Source of the DNA: Lingula anatina
Taxonomy: Eukaryota > Animalia > Brachiopoda
Assembly (NCBI GenBank): GCA_051362555.1
Contig: CM120640.1
Location: 68,302,788 to 68,366,787, forward strand
Length of the DNA stretch: 64,000 bases
Direction: 5' to 3'
Shown here: piece by piece, positions 63,717-64,000 of the stretch
Layout: each line of letters begins with the position of its first letter
Position numbering within the stretch: the stretch's first letter is position 1
The notes under the pieces: model-generated
The model's input: the letters and a program-made list of their open reading frames with translations, nothing else
Told to the model about the DNA's origin: nothing
Databases searched by the model: none
Program-made: the position numbers and the translations under genes

Positions 63717-64000
63717 CTGAAAAATAGATGAAAAATGCTTATTTACAATACTTTTTAATTATTGTAAGAATACATGTAAAGATAGTCAAAATGTTCAGAT
63801 GCTTTCCAGGTAAAAACAAACAAGTGTTCTGATGATGTCATATCTTATCAAGTATTGAACGGACAGAATAATACTTCACTTACATGTGATTGAGGGGACT
63901 TTTTGTATTACCATTAATGAGCATGCAGAGCAGGGGTGTTTGATGCCAAGTTGATGATTATAATAAACACTATGAGAAATATGGAATCCAAAATATGAAA

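Noticed and set aside
63884-64000. Donor-like CAT|GTAAGT suggesting another CAPS2 exon
   Set aside because: The required phase-0 frame hits TAA a few codons upstream and no good acceptor exists; the next exon is probably outside the window.

Overview
AT-rich, intron-containing animal DNA from a marine-invertebrate-like genome (probably lophotrochozoan; species not determinable from sequence). Manual splicing gives six protein-coding genes: CFAP298/C21orf59 (3' part, +), an intronless GT10 alpha-1,3/4-fucosyltransferase (+), a 36-kb EVA-1/EVA1C SUEL-lectin receptor gene (-), pseudokinase STK40 (-), MRPL19 (+, head-to-head with STK40) and calcyphosin-2 (3' part, -). Most ORF-track entries are spurious or are exon fragments. 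Non-coding DNA carries several non-autonomous DNA transposons: a foldback-like element with 16-bp modular TIRs, MITEs with 3-, 5- and 9-bp target-site duplications, and two Helentron/HINE-like elements, one holding three different tandem arrays. The strongest observation is that the single EVA1 gene sits next to CFAP298, STK40 and MRPL19. As I recall the human map, these are the neighbours of the three separate paralogues EVA1C, EVA1B and EVA1A, in the same relative orientations, suggesting an intact pre-duplication bilaterian gene block. Other points of interest are a chain of four uORFs before STK40, a GC-AG intron, probable overlapping 3' UTRs, an atypical fucosyltransferase acceptor motif, and candidate glycan/sulfation sites in the EVA1 stalk. 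No CRISPR, rRNA or tRNA was found. All homology and synteny statements are from recall, not from searches.
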